DNA of 64,000 bases. Origin: a virus (Duplodnaviria; Heunggongvirae; Uroviricota; Caudoviricetes). Numbering within the stretch: position 1 is the stretch's first letter; every line of letters begins with the position of its first letter. Location: IMG/VR virus record IMGVR_UViG_2920292642_000002, positions 19,431 to 83,430 of that record, one strand, 5' to 3'. Of this stretch, positions 53,418-63,768 are shown piece by piece. The notes beneath the pieces were generated by a model. The model searched no databases. It saw nothing but the letters and a program-made list of their open reading frames with translations, and was not told the origin of the DNA. Both the position numbers and the translations under genes were made by a program.

Positions 53418-53741
53418 ATGTACATGTTCAAGGACAAGAAGCTGGAGCAGGACCAACGCAAGGTCCAGTTCGGCGACGCCGACAAGTCCACCCTCGCCAA
53501 CATCTGCATGGTCGCGGCCGAGCGCTTTCGGGAGAACGCGGCCGAGTTCCGCAAGTGTATCGACTACAAGCCGAAGGAAGGCGAGTTCCCAATCTTCCCG
53601 ACCGGCGAGGCAGCCAAGCGGCTGGTCGAGCAGTTCGAGCGGCAGGCAGCCGAGGCGGAGAAGTTCCGCGACCTGTTCGACAACGTGGTTCAAATCCCGG
53701 ACATGGTGACGTTTGTCGAGGAAGAGGAGGAGGCCGCGTAA
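53418..53741 (+). CDS. cassette small protein (107 aa, ends EEEEEAA)
   Basis: stop codon lies in loop of terminator hairpin. Confidence 0.5.
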   Translation: MYMFKDKKLEQDQRKVQFGDADKSTLANICMVAAERFRENAAEFRKCIDYKPKEGEFPIFPTGEAAKRLVEQFERQAAEAEKFRDLFDNVVQIPDMVTFVEEEEEAA

Positions 53742-53886
53742 GCGGCCTTTTTCTTCGCCCGCCATTAACCCTAACCGGTCAAGGTAAACGCGGCCGGCCC
53801 CGGCGTTAACCTTGCTGTCCAGATTCGCTTTACAGATGCCGGCGATCTGCTATGGTGCTCCTGTCAACGCAACGCAGGAGTCCTGA

Positions 53887-54436
53887 CATGGATCATCTCG
53901 CTTTCCTCATGCCCATTTTCAATCGCCCAATGGGCGAAAGCTGGATCACCATGGTGATCGATGTCGTGCAAAAGCGCGACGCCGAGGATCACCCGATCAA
54001 CGGCGCAGATGTCGTCTCTTCCTATGAGACCGACAATCCCAAGCTGATCGGACATTCGCTGCGCGATCTGATCATCTCGGCACAGGCAAGCGTCACCGGA
54101 CAAGAGGACTGGTACGCCATTCGCGTCGAATACCGCAACGCCAATACGGTCGACGCCAAGCGCGCCCGAGCCATGGTCAAGACGCTCACCGCGATCGAGA
54201 AAGCGGCCGAGAAACTGCGCGACAAGCAGGGGCTCGACTATCTCACCGCGATCCTGCTGGCCTTCGACAAGGTATTTCCGGGCATGCAACTGGCCGAGAC
54301 TTCCGAGGGCGGCACAGTGCGCGGCTTCTACAATCGCCACAAGTGGCGGTGGACGCCGATCGGCGGCGCAGTCCGGGCAATCCGATCGAGCGCCGAGGAG
54401 GCGCTTGTCAGACACAGGAAGGAGAAGGCCGCGTAA
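53887..54436 (+). CDS. cassette protein (182 aa)
   Basis: ORF 53852..54436 from ATG 53887. Confidence 0.5.
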
Positions 54437-54584
54437 GCGGCCTTTTCCTTGCCCGGCCGGCGTTAACCCTACCCGGTCAAGGTTAACGCGGCCGACTCCG
54501 GCGTTAACCTTGCTGTCCAGATACGCTTTACAAATGCGGAGGTCGTGGTATGGTGCTCCTGTCAACGCAACAAGGAGTTCTGAC

Positions 54585-54962
54585 ATGACCCACATGGAAA
54601 ACCGCATCGCCCGCGCCGAGGCGCTGCTGGCCGAGAAAGGCGTCAACGTCTCGACCAAGGCCAGCCTCAAGATCGCGATCGATCAGGCCGGCGTCGCCCG
54701 CGTCAAGCTGGCCGATGTCAAGAATCACCTCCATCTGGTCTCCATGGCGGTCGAACGTGTGCTGGAGACGGGTCATCGCCTGACCGCGCACGAGTTCAAC
54801 GACGAACGATATTCCAAGGCGGTCACGGCCTGCGCCGCGATCGGTTTTCGCGAGGCGCTGGCCGCGCTCGATCGCGCGATCGAGTTCGCCGAACGCGATC
54901 TGGTCGCGTGGCGCGACGCGTGGAAGAACATCCGCACCATGACCAAGGAACGGGCCGCGTGA
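54585..54962 (+). CDS. cassette protein (125 aa)
   Basis: ORF 54405..54962 from ATG 54585. Confidence 0.5.
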   Translation: MTHMENRIARAEALLAEKGVNVSTKASLKIAIDQAGVARVKLADVKNHLHLVSMAVERVLETGHRLTAHEFNDERYSKAVTACAAIGFREALAALDRAIEFAERDLVAWRDAWKNIRTMTKERAA

Positions 54963-54974
54963 GCGGTCCGCCCC

Positions 54975-55037
54975 ATGGTCGCAGTCTTCCAACTGATCCT
55001 TGCACTTCTACTACTTTACATCCTCTGGCCGCTCTGA
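54975..55037 (+). CDS. hydrophobic micro-protein (20 aa, MVAVFQLILALLLLYILWPL)
   Basis: sits between main ORF and terminator; paralog at 59283. Confidence 0.4.
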   Translation: MVAVFQLILALLLLYILWPL

Positions 55038-55202
55038 CGAGCGGCCTTTGGCTTGCCCGGCCGGCGTTAACCCTACCCGGTCAAGGTTAATACTACCGCA
55101 CCGGCCGCGACCTCGACGCGTTAACCTTACTACCGATCGCCGCTTGCAATTCATGCAGGATGCACTATTCTGATCCTGTCAACGCAAACGGAGGTTTTCA
55201 AA

Positions 55203-55679
55203 ATGTCTGCATGGATGGTTTCTAACGCCCACGTCACCGCAATGATTTCTTGTGCGGTCGCACTGTTCCGGGAGTCCGACTCCTTCTCCGAGTTCCGTCT
55301 TGCTAATGGCAAGACGGCCGCGCGCCACGCTTTGGCCACTGCCGATCTGACCGAGCTTGGCAAGCTCCTGCTTCAGGAGAACGCCAAGAGCCTCGACGCC
55401 CGCTATCCCGGCGATAAGGGGTCAAGCGATGGCGACATGTACCATCAAGAGGAGATCGACTCCTATGTCTACGCCCGCGACAGTCACGCGGCCGGTCAGG
55501 ATGTCGGATTCCTTGCCAAGTTGATTAGCTGTTACGCTTATCAGTCCTGCGAACATGACGGCTGGGAGACCAGCGCGGCCAAGCAATGGTGCGACTGGGC
55601 GCAGGAGGTCGGCATCTCGGTCCTGCCGAGCTACAAGCGCGCACCATGGGGCTATGACGGACCGCCCGCGCCGCGTTGA
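55203..55679 (+). CDS. cassette protein (158 aa)
   Basis: ORF track. Confidence 0.5.
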   Translation: MSAWMVSNAHVTAMISCAVALFRESDSFSEFRLANGKTAARHALATADLTELGKLLLQENAKSLDARYPGDKGSSDGDMYHQEEIDSYVYARDSHAAGQDVGFLAKLISCYAYQSCEHDGWETSAAKQWCDWAQEVGISVLPSYKRAPWGYDGPPAPR

Positions 55680-55864
55680 CACACACGCGGGCCAAAGGAG
55701 GCCGGGCCGATCGCCCGGCCTCTTTTTCGCGCCGCGCCGGCCGTTAACCCTACCCGAGTAAGGTTAACGCCGATCGCCGGCCGCGTTAACCTTTCTGTCC
55801 AGATTTGCTTGCATCTGGCACAATCTCCGCTATTGTGGAATAGTCAACGCAAACGGAGGCTCCC

Positions 55865-56263
55865 ATGCCGCTACCTTCTCACCTGTTCATCGCCGATGAC
55901 GGCGCGCTCTACGACACCCGCGAACCAAACTGGGCGGAGCGCGCCCTTCGCCCGGTCTACAGAAAGACCGCCGTAACCATCCACGATGTCGCCGAACTGA
56001 AGGCGACCCTGCGCGTCGGTTCGCATGCATGGCCGGGTGGCTATCCCCTGTACATCGTATTGCAGGATGGATCGCCGATCACCCATGACACCGCGCGCAA
56101 GAATTTCCGCGAACTGGTCGCCGCAATGTGGGACGAGAACCTGCGCAACGACTGGCGACCGGTCGCCACGGGAATCAACTGGGAAGACCCGGACCTGTAC
56201 GACGCGCACACAAATGAGCGAATCCCCTCGGCCTATGCCGAGCCGGAGGAGGAGGCGGCGTGA
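55865..56263 (+). CDS. cassette protein (132 aa)
   Basis: ORF track. Confidence 0.5.
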   Translation: MPLPSHLFIADDGALYDTREPNWAERALRPVYRKTAVTIHDVAELKATLRVGSHAWPGGYPLYIVLQDGSPITHDTARKNFRELVAAMWDENLRNDWRPVATGINWEDPDLYDAHTNERIPSAYAEPEEEAA

Positions 56264-56331
56264 TCCTGCTGGTCCGACTCTTCGGGCTGGCACTGGCGCT
56301 GCTGTTTGCCTTCATCGTCTTCCAACTATGA
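56260..56331 (+). CDS. hydrophobic micro-protein (23 aa, GTG start, ILLVRLFGLALALLFAFIVFQL)
   Basis: GTGA overlap with previous stop; followed by terminator. Confidence 0.3.
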   Translation: MILLVRLFGLALALLFAFIVFQL

Positions 56332-56514
56332 CCGGGCGCAAGCCCGGTCCTTCCCTCCCCGGCCGGCGTTAACCCTACCCGCGTAAGGTTAACGCGCCGA
56401 GCGCCGGCCGCACCTGTCGGCGTTAACCTTACCTGCCGGCCGGTCAAGTTTCCGCTTGCAATTGTCCAGAATTACTTTACAACTCAAGGAGGTCAACGCA
56501 ACGGAGTTTCCGCG

Positions 56515-57147
56515 ATGGAACGCATAAAACTTCCCAACGGCTGGTCCGCCGAAATTCATCAGGATGAGGACTGCGAACGTCCCTATCAGGACGATGACGC
56601 GGTGCGGATCGTCGTCCTGCACGGCCGTTACATCGATCCGGCCAAGGGAAACTGCGGATCGGACCCGGATGAGGTCGCGCGCTGGGTCAAGGAAAACGCC
56701 CGCGATTGGTTCGTGACCAATCTCTATCTGTACGATCATAGCGGCGTCGCCTATCGGGCCGGCGAACGCAATCCATTCTCCTGCCCATGGGATAGCGGGC
56801 AGGTTGGCATCGTCGCGCTCAAAAAGAGCGAATGGGGACGCGGCAAGGGCGAACGCAACGCCAAGCGGCTGGAATATGCCAAGTCCGTCGCCGAGGAGTA
56901 TGGCCGCTGGGCCAATGGCGAATGCTATGGCTATGTGCTGCACGATCCCGAGGGCGAGGAAAGCGACTCCTGCTGGGGACACATCGGTTACGATTGGGTA
57001 TGCGAGGCCGCGAAGGACGCGGCCGAGGCCGGCGAGAAAGCCCGGCAACGGAGATTGAAGGAGGAGCAGGAGGAACGGAGACTGGCCCGGCAATCCAGAA
57101 CCAAAGCTTACATCCGCAACCACGTGCCGCTGGACAGGCGAGTCTAG
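56515..57147 (+). CDS. cassette protein (210 aa)
   Basis: ORF track. Confidence 0.5.
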   Translation: MERIKLPNGWSAEIHQDEDCERPYQDDDAVRIVVLHGRYIDPAKGNCGSDPDEVARWVKENARDWFVTNLYLYDHSGVAYRAGERNPFSCPWDSGQVGIVALKKSEWGRGKGERNAKRLEYAKSVAEEYGRWANGECYGYVLHDPEGEESDSCWGHIGYDWVCEAAKDAAEAGEKARQRRLKEEQEERRLARQSRTKAYIRNHVPLDRRV

Positions 57148-57390
57148 GAGGTCGACAAATCCCACACATTGATTAAAAGGCCGGACAAACTGTCCGGCCT
57201 TTTTGCTTGTCCGGCCGGTGTTAACCTTACCTGATCAAGGTTAACGGCCGTCGACGAGGCCTCCGACCTCGACCTCCGCGTTAACCTTACCGTCGACATC
57301 GGAGTTCGATTTTTGAAAAATTAGCTTGCATCCGTCCAGAAAATCTGTACGGTCAGAGTTGTCAATGCAACGCGAAATGGAGATCGCACA

Positions 57391-58476
57391 ATGACCACTC
57401 TGATCAACGCCCACAACAATTGGGCGCGCCGCGCACCCGATGAACGCTTTTCGTCGGTCGCGGACCTGCACGCCGCAGCCCTCAACTACAAGAACGCTGC
57501 GCGGCAGACCTCGAACCTGCCCGCCACCCGGCTGGAGGCGAAGGCGACCGAGGACGGCGCAGTCGTCCTCAACGGGTCGATGACCGAAACTAAGCTCACT
57601 CACTGGAGCTTTGGCCAGCTTGCCAAGATCGCCGATGCGCCGGCCGGCTATCTTCAGGACCTGCCCGCGCCGCTTGCGGCCGACTGCCTGAACAACGGCC
57701 TGCGCAAGGCGGGCGGCAAGGTCAACCTGTTCTACAAGATGGATGATCCGACCGAGCCGGCCGGCATGCGCACGCTGCGCGCGCTGACCTCGAACCGCTA
57801 TACCCGAATCTGGAATAGTGACATCACCCGCCGACTTGGCGAACTGGAGGCCGAAGGGCCATGGCAGCCCGCGCCGGCTGCGTTTGACGGCAGCCGTGGG
57901 TTGTATCTCGGCGACCGCGACATGTTCGCCTTTATGGTTGACAATGATCGCCGTATCTTCGAGACTGGTCCTGCTGGAGGCCTAAGCCGTGGATTTTTCG
58001 TAGAAAACTCCGAAGTCGGCGCGGCCTCTTTCAAGTTCACCAGCTTCCTGTATGAGTTTGTATGTGGCAACCACCGCGTGTGGGGCGCTTCCGAAGTCAA
58101 GGAGGTGCGCATCCGTCACGTGGGCGCGGCCGACGACTCCGCCTTCCGTCAACTGGAGGCCGAACTGGTCGCCTATGCCAATGCATCGGCGGCAGACGAT
58201 GAACTGAAAATCCAGCGCATGCGCCGCTATACGCTGGGCAAGGACCTCGACGCCGTCATCGATACCGTTATGGGCTTGCGAGTGCCCGGACTCGGCAAGA
58301 AGATGATCGAAGCAGGCTACGATCGCGCAGAGCAGTACATTGATTGGTACGGCGCGCCTAACACCGCTTGGGCGCTGGCCGGAGGCCTGACGCAGATCGC
58401 CCGCGACATGCCGAACGCTAACGATCGGGTGGCGCTGGAGCGGGCTTCCTCGAAGGTCATGGAAATGGCCTTCTGA
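57391..58476 (+). CDS. cassette protein (361 aa; possibly DUF932-like)
   Basis: ORF track; largest cassette gene. Confidence 0.5.
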   Translation: MTTLINAHNNWARRAPDERFSSVADLHAAALNYKNAARQTSNLPATRLEAKATEDGAVVLNGSMTETKLTHWSFGQLAKIADAPAGYLQDLPAPLAADCLNNGLRKAGGKVNLFYKMDDPTEPAGMRTLRALTSNRYTRIWNSDITRRLGELEAEGPWQPAPAAFDGSRGLYLGDRDMFAFMVDNDRRIFETGPAGGLSRGFFVENSEVGAASFKFTSFLYEFVCGNHRVWGASEVKEVRIRHVGAADDSAFRQLEAELVAYANASAADDELKIQRMRRYTLGKDLDAVIDTVMGLRVPGLGKKMIEAGYDRAEQYIDWYGAPNTAWALAGGLTQIARDMPNANDRVALERASSKVMEMAF

Positions 58477-58703
58477 TCCGACCGGGCCGGGCGAAAAGCC
58501 CGGCCCTCCCCTCCCCGAACGGCCCGGTTTCGACCGGGCCGTTTTGATTCAAACTTTAATCGTCGGCCGGCCGAAATTAACCCTACACGATTAAGGTTAA
58601 CGGAAATCGGAGCCGTCGACGACCTCCGACCGTCCATATTTTCCGCTTGCATCCGTCAAGATTTCCTGTACAAATCAGGAGGTCAACGCAACGGAGATGA
58701 GAC

Positions 58704-59213
58704 ATGCCTGAGTTCATCATGGAAGGAAAGGAACTCCCTGAGTTCCGCAAACTCGATAGCTTCACACAGGGCTACATCCAAGCCCTATTCTTCACCGAAT
58801 GCGAGCCTAACACCACGGCGGACGCCGGACAGGTCGACGACTTCATTCGGCTCTGGGACCCGGAAACGCAATCGAGCCTCCCCGGCGATGTCGGTTTCGC
58901 CGATCTCGACGCCGACTCGCTGGCGCGGATCATCAAGGCCTGTCAGGAGTTCCAAGCGATCTACGAAGCGGACCTCGATACCGTCGACGGCTACGCCCAT
59001 GGCCGACGCGGTGAGACATATTGCCGGGAACACGCCGGCCATGACTTCTGGCTGACCCGCAACGGCCATGGCGCTGGCTTCTGGGACCGCTACAAGTCCT
59101 CAGACGACCAGCCCGACGTGAAGGCGGCATTCGATCGCCTCAGCGATGCGGCCAAGGCCAAGGGCGAATGCTGGGCCACCTATGGCGATGACGGCAAGGT
59201 CTACCAGTCTTGA
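58704..59213 (+). CDS. cassette protein (169 aa)
   Basis: ORF track. Confidence 0.5.
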   Translation: MPEFIMEGKELPEFRKLDSFTQGYIQALFFTECEPNTTADAGQVDDFIRLWDPETQSSLPGDVGFADLDADSLARIIKACQEFQAIYEADLDTVDGYAHGRRGETYCREHAGHDFWLTRNGHGAGFWDRYKSSDDQPDVKAAFDRLSDAAKAKGECWATYGDDGKVYQS

Positions 59214-59282
59214 CGTGATTCCGTCCCGGTGACCGGCGCGACGCCGGGCCGGGATCATGCAGAGCGCGCCGCAAGGTGTTTT

Positions 59283-59345
59283 ATGCAAGCCGTGTTTTCG
59301 CTGATCCTATCGGGTCTATTCCTTTACATTCTATGGCCCTTGTGA
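59283..59345 (+). CDS. hydrophobic micro-protein (20 aa, MQAVFSLILSGLFLYILWPL)
   Basis: paralog of 54975..55037; terminator follows. Confidence 0.4.
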   Translation: MQAVFSLILSGLFLYILWPL

Positions 59346-59518
59346 GGCCGGGCCGGGGAACCTCCCCGGCCTTTCTTTTGCGCCGCGCCGGCCGTTAACC
59401 CTACACCATTAAGGTAAACGCCGCGCCGGCCGCGCGTTAACCTTGCTGCGCGCAACGGCTTGCATCTGTCCAGCGAATCTGTACAAATCAGGAGGTCAAC
59501 GCAACGGAGTTTCACACA

Positions 59519-60103
59519 ATGACCCGCAAGGAATTTGACCTGCACGGCTTCACCGCCGCACTCGCCGCCGTCCTCGGCGGCAAAGATCAGTCCAATTCAG
59601 ACCATTCGATGACGCGGCTTAGCGTCATGACTGGAGCGGTGGAGATGAGCCTGCGCACCGGCTACGGCTCGACATGGAACAAGGTGACGATCTGCCCCTA
59701 TTTTCCATGCCAGCAAGGCTTGAACCACTATGAGCAAATCAAGGTCGACTCGATAACCGTGACCGGCGATCGTGACATAGCGGCCGTGGCCAAGGACGTT
59801 AAGCGGCGCATTCTCGACGGCATCGAACCCAAGCTGGAGGAGGCGCGCGCCCGCGTCGCCGCCCGTGAGACGCTGAAAAGCAGCGTCGCCGAACGTGCGG
59901 CCGATTGGCAAAGGCGTTTCCCCGGACTGCAAGTGAAGATCAGCAGTGATGGAACGGGCGCAGATGTTTATTACAACCGCGCCGGCCGTTATCTCAACGG
60001 CTCAATGACCCGCGATGGTACGCTGAGTCTTCAGCGGGTGTCACTCGACGGGCCTGAGACCTCTGAGGCACTGCTGGCCTTACTGACCGCCGCGCCGCGT
60101 TGA
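59519..60103 (+). CDS. cassette protein (194 aa)
   Basis: ORF track. Confidence 0.5.
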   Translation: MTRKEFDLHGFTAALAAVLGGKDQSNSDHSMTRLSVMTGAVEMSLRTGYGSTWNKVTICPYFPCQQGLNHYEQIKVDSITVTGDRDIAAVAKDVKRRILDGIEPKLEEARARVAARETLKSSVAERAADWQRRFPGLQVKISSDGTGADVYYNRAGRYLNGSMTRDGTLSLQRVSLDGPETSEALLALLTAAPR

Positions 60104-60348
60104 CATCTAAGCGCGGCAACGGCCGGGGATGAGCCAAGCTCTCCCCGGCCTTTTCACGCGTGCACCTGAGACCTGTTAACCATATCCGGGTAAGGTTAAC
60201 GCCGTCCTAACGGGCCGGGACCCTTCGGAATCAAACTCCGGGCCTTTCGAATCGCTGGTTAACTTTATCTCCGCTTTTGTACAGTTTCGCTTGACTTGTC
60301 GCACTCCGGCCCTATCCTCGACCCTGTCAACGCAATGGAGTTCATGAC

Positions 60349-60987
60349 ATGGCCAAGGAAAAGTTTTTGATCATCGCCGAAAAGATGATTCCGGACTGTT
60401 TCGGTGTCTTCTCGGAGACCGCCAATTGCGCGGCGATCGACGCCGGCACCGCTGACCCGTCCGATCCTTATAGCTGGATCGAGGCGAGCTTCGAGATCAA
60501 GCTGGTGCGCTATCGCGAGGCCACCCACATTTGCAGCCTCACCCCGTCCGCTTATTATGTCTGGCTGCAAAACCAGTTTGTCGGCGAGCCGAACGCCGCG
60601 TGGGATCGCGATGGTGATCCTGAGGGTCTGGAGTTCGAAAACGGTGGCGAATGTCACGGCTATGGCACCTATCGCGATGAGTACGATCCGCGCTTCATTT
60701 GCGAGACCTTCACAATCGACACGATGAAGGACCTCCCCGATCCGATGCGCAAGCCGACCGTGCGCAACACCCTGTCACACCGCACCGACAAGGAACAGTC
60801 GGCGCTCGATCGCTATCACCGGGCAATCTGGAAAGCTGCCGAGGAGGCCGCGCGCGAGATGATGTGCAATAGTCTCTGGTGCGACATCCTGAACGTCTAC
60901 ACCTATCGCCAGTGGGAGCGCGACAAGCTGGAGGCCACACGGCGGCGATCATTGGATGAGTCCAAGCGTGCATGGATGAGCCTGTGA
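60349..60987 (+). CDS. cassette protein (212 aa)
   Basis: ORF track. Confidence 0.5.
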   Translation: MAKEKFLIIAEKMIPDCFGVFSETANCAAIDAGTADPSDPYSWIEASFEIKLVRYREATHICSLTPSAYYVWLQNQFVGEPNAAWDRDGDPEGLEFENGGECHGYGTYRDEYDPRFICETFTIDTMKDLPDPMRKPTVRNTLSHRTDKEQSALDRYHRAIWKAAEEAAREMMCNSLWCDILNVYTYRQWERDKLEATRRRSLDESKRAWMSL

Positions 60988-61239
60988 TCAGCATGTGATG
61001 AGATCGCGGGCGCTTCATCCCTCCCCCCGGAGCCGCGCGCCTGCGAGACGCGGGGACCTCCCGCCGAGGTCCCGGCGTTTTCGTTTGCCGGCCGGCGTTA
61101 ACCATACCGAGGTAAGGTTAACGGCTACGCCTGCCCGCGTTAACCAAAGATGCCGGGGACCCTTCGGAATCAAAGATAGGGCCTTGCTATTATTGCAGAA
61201 TGCAATATTCTGATCTGGTCAACGCAACGGAGTTTTCAC

Positions 61240-61524
61240 ATGTCCATCGAAGTCGATACCGTCACTGCGCCGGCCTACTGGGCTTCAGCCCTGATCAATG
61301 GTGATGAGTCCGGCATGGAGGACCACGAGATCAAGGCAATGGAGATGTGGCTGAAAGGTCTCGGCGACTTCTACGTCGTCGACGTTGCCCGCGATGAGGC
61401 CGGGGAGTCGCAGGAGGCGCGCTTCACTTGGAGCTATGAACTGTATGGCGGCACGGCTCAAGGTGGAGACGTTCTCGACTATGTGGTGCACCGAATCGTC
61501 AAGCAGGAGGCCGGCGCGGCTTAG
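61240..61524 (+). CDS. cassette small protein (94 aa)
   Basis: ORF track. Confidence 0.5.
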   Translation: MSIEVDTVTAPAYWASALINGDESGMEDHEIKAMEMWLKGLGDFYVVDVARDEAGESQEARFTWSYELYGGTAQGGDVLDYVVHRIVKQEAGAA

Positions 61525-61751
61525 GCCGAGCCCTTTCCTATCGCTGATCTCGCTGGATGGCGGGAGCGCATGCAGAACCTGATCGAGGGCGGGCCGCGCA
61601 AGCGGCCCTTTCCTTGTGCGGCCGAGGCCGTTAACCTTGACCCGGTAAGGTAAACAAATGCACCGGCCGGCGTTAACCATGTTTCCGAATGGGCCTTGCA
61701 TTTAATGCAGGATGCAATATTCTGCACTGGTCAACGCAACGGAGTTACGAA

Positions 61752-62006
61752 ATGTCCATCACCCAGACCAAAGGCGCGATCATCGCAACCGGCGAGGGCG
61801 TCAGCGTCTTTCAGGCGATCACGATCAAGACCGCCCTGAAGCTCTACGCCAAGACAGGCATCAAGGCCAATCGGGCATACACGCCGAAGGCCATGATGAC
61901 CATGGCCGAGAAGATCACGGGCCAGAAGTTCCGGGCACGGGATTACCTCGGCGCGGTCGCCGGGCTGGAGACGTGGATCGACGAGCGCAAGGAGGCAGGG
62001 GCGTAA
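61752..62006 (+). CDS. cassette small protein (84 aa)
   Basis: ATG in ORF 61689..62006 after leader. Confidence 0.5.
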   Translation: MSITQTKGAIIATGEGVSVFQAITIKTALKLYAKTGIKANRAYTPKAMMTMAEKITGQKFRARDYLGAVAGLETWIDERKEAGA

Positions 62007-62226
62007 GCCCCTCGACCTTGCCTAAAATTTTACCGAAATTTTTTACCGACCGTTAACCATACTCAGGTAAGGTAAACGAAAAGTTAACGCGACCGGCGCA
62101 GGTCGAGGCCGCGCGCCGGCCGCGTTAACGCGCCGTTAACCATGTCCAGAATAGGTCGACAAAGGCGCTTGCAATTCATGCAGGATGCACTAATCTCCGT
62201 CATGTCAACGCAACGGAGATTTGGTC

Positions 62227-62388
62227 ATGAAAAAGAATGTTCTGCACTTCGGACTGGATAGCGGATTCAAGGCGATCGCCCGCGATCACAACGTGACTCG
62301 CCGGACTTTCAAGGGCGAATACGTCACGGTAAAGCCGAGCTTCGCCCGCGTCATCGTCGACGCGATCAAAAACATTTTCGGCCTTTAA
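62227..62388 (+). CDS. cassette small protein (53 aa)
   Basis: manual translation. Confidence 0.4.
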   Translation: MKKNVLHFGLDSGFKAIARDHNVTRRTFKGEYVTVKPSFARVIVDAIKNIFGL

Positions 62389-62400
62389 GGAGGCCGAGAA

Positions 62401-62565
62401 ATGAAGCCGATCCGCTTCGATATCATCGATCGCCACACTGGAAAGAAGGTCGGCGAGGCGACGACTCGGGCAGGGGCGAATCGCTCCGTTGATCGCCGCG
62501 ATAACGCGTATGGCGCATATCGATACTCGGCAAAACCGATCTATGCCGAGGACAAGGCCGCGTAA
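62401..62565 (+). CDS. cassette small protein (54 aa, ends EDKAA)
   Basis: manual translation; stop in terminator loop. Confidence 0.4.
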   Translation: MKPIRFDIIDRHTGKKVGEATTRAGANRSVDRRDNAYGAYRYSAKPIYAEDKAA

Positions 62566-62695
62566 GCGGCCTTTTCTTTTGCCGATCGAGGCCGTTAACC
62601 CGGCGTTAACCATGTCCAGAATGGGTTTACAATCGTCCTTGCAATTCGTGCCGAATGCAATATTCTGTCCTTGTCAACGCAACGGAGTAAGCAAA

Positions 62696-62872
62696 ATGCG
62701 CTGCAAGATTTTCAATCTCTTCGAAGGCGAAATTCTTTTCCGAGTCGGCGAGGCGTTTCACGTCCAGTTGGACAACGGAATCGAAGTCAAGGTCGACGCG
62801 GCCGATGTCGATTTCTTCGCCTACATGCCGACGATCGAACTGGTCGAAGTTGTGGAGTATGTCGCGGCTTAG
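62696..62872 (+). CDS. cassette small protein (58 aa)
   Basis: tail of ORF 62489..62872. Confidence 0.4.
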   Translation: MRCKIFNLFEGEILFRVGEAFHVQLDNGIEVKVDAADVDFFAYMPTIELVEVVEYVAA

Positions 62873-62902
62873 GCCGCGACATTTCAACCGAGGAGGTTTG
62901 AA

Positions 62903-63145
62903 ATGCAGCCTTTCACCCTTTCGATCGAAACCGATGCTGGCACCTATCGGCACGGATTCCATCTCGGCACAATCGAGCGACTCGCGCGCGAACTGGCGGA
63001 GGAGATTTGTCTAAAGCGGAGGCCGCAACGCGGCACGCGAATCGTCACTGTCGCGCTTTGCCGCTTTGAGTCGATCGTCGACGTTTTCGACGGTAAAGAC
63101 TGGTCAAATGCGCTGCTTTCCAAGTTCGCCGAGGAGGCCGCGTAA
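62903..63145 (+). CDS. cassette small protein (80 aa, ends EEAA)
   Basis: ORF track. Confidence 0.5.
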   Translation: MQPFTLSIETDAGTYRHGFHLGTIERLARELAEEICLKRRPQRGTRIVTVALCRFESIVDVFDGKDWSNALLSKFAEEAA

Positions 63146-63265
63146 GCGGCCTTTTCTTTTGTTAACTCGGCGTTAACCATGGCGAGGAGTGGTTTACAAA
63201 AGGACTTGCGGCAATTCGTGCGGCATGCAATATTCACATTGTCAACGCAACTGAGGAGTCACCAA

Positions 63266-63496
63266 ATGCGCCGCTATCATCGTCCTGAAATGCTCCGCCA
63301 AGCCGCCCGCGTCCTCGGGCTGAATCGCACGCGCGATGGCGATCTCCGCCCCATGGTTTATGCTCTCCGCATGCTGCCGCGCCTTAACACTCCTGAGGAG
63401 AATCAGCGACTCGATGCGGCCGTTTACGCAATGCGACATTGGACGGAATTTCAAAACTTGTGCGGCCGTGTTCGAACTGGTCGCGAAACACTCTAA
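63266..63496 (+). CDS. cassette small protein (76 aa)
   Basis: tail of ORF 63179..63496. Confidence 0.45.
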   Translation: MRRYHRPEMLRQAARVLGLNRTRDGDLRPMVYALRMLPRLNTPEENQRLDAAVYAMRHWTEFQNLCGRVRTGRETL

Positions 63497-63530
63497 AAGA
63501 AAGGCCGCGAAAGCGGCCTTTTTCTTTTAC

Positions 63531-63768
63531 TGCACGCGATCGGCCGTCCTGCCGTCCAGAGGCGCGCCTGCACGCGATCGGCCGTCCTGCCGTCCAGAGG
63601 CGCGCCTGCACGCGATCGGCCGTCCTGCCGTCCAGAGGCGCGCCTGCACGCGATCGGCCGTCCTGCCGTCCAGAGGCGCGCCTGCACGCGATCGGCCGTC
63701 CTGCCGTCCAGAGGCGCGCCTGCACGCGATCGGCCGTCCTGCCGTCCAGAGGCGCGCCTGCACGCGTT
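63531..63768. repeat. tandem direct repeat, about 6.3 copies of a 38-bp unit (GCACGCGATCGGCCGTCCTGCCGTCCAGAGGCGCGCCT)
   Basis: perfect head-to-tail copies; each unit carries GTCCAGAGG resembling the promoter-proximal GTCCAGAAT box. Confidence 0.8.

Noticed and set aside
63531-63768. Possible CRISPR array
   Set aside because: The repeats are contiguous with no unique spacers, and no cas genes are nearby; it is a simple tandem repeat.
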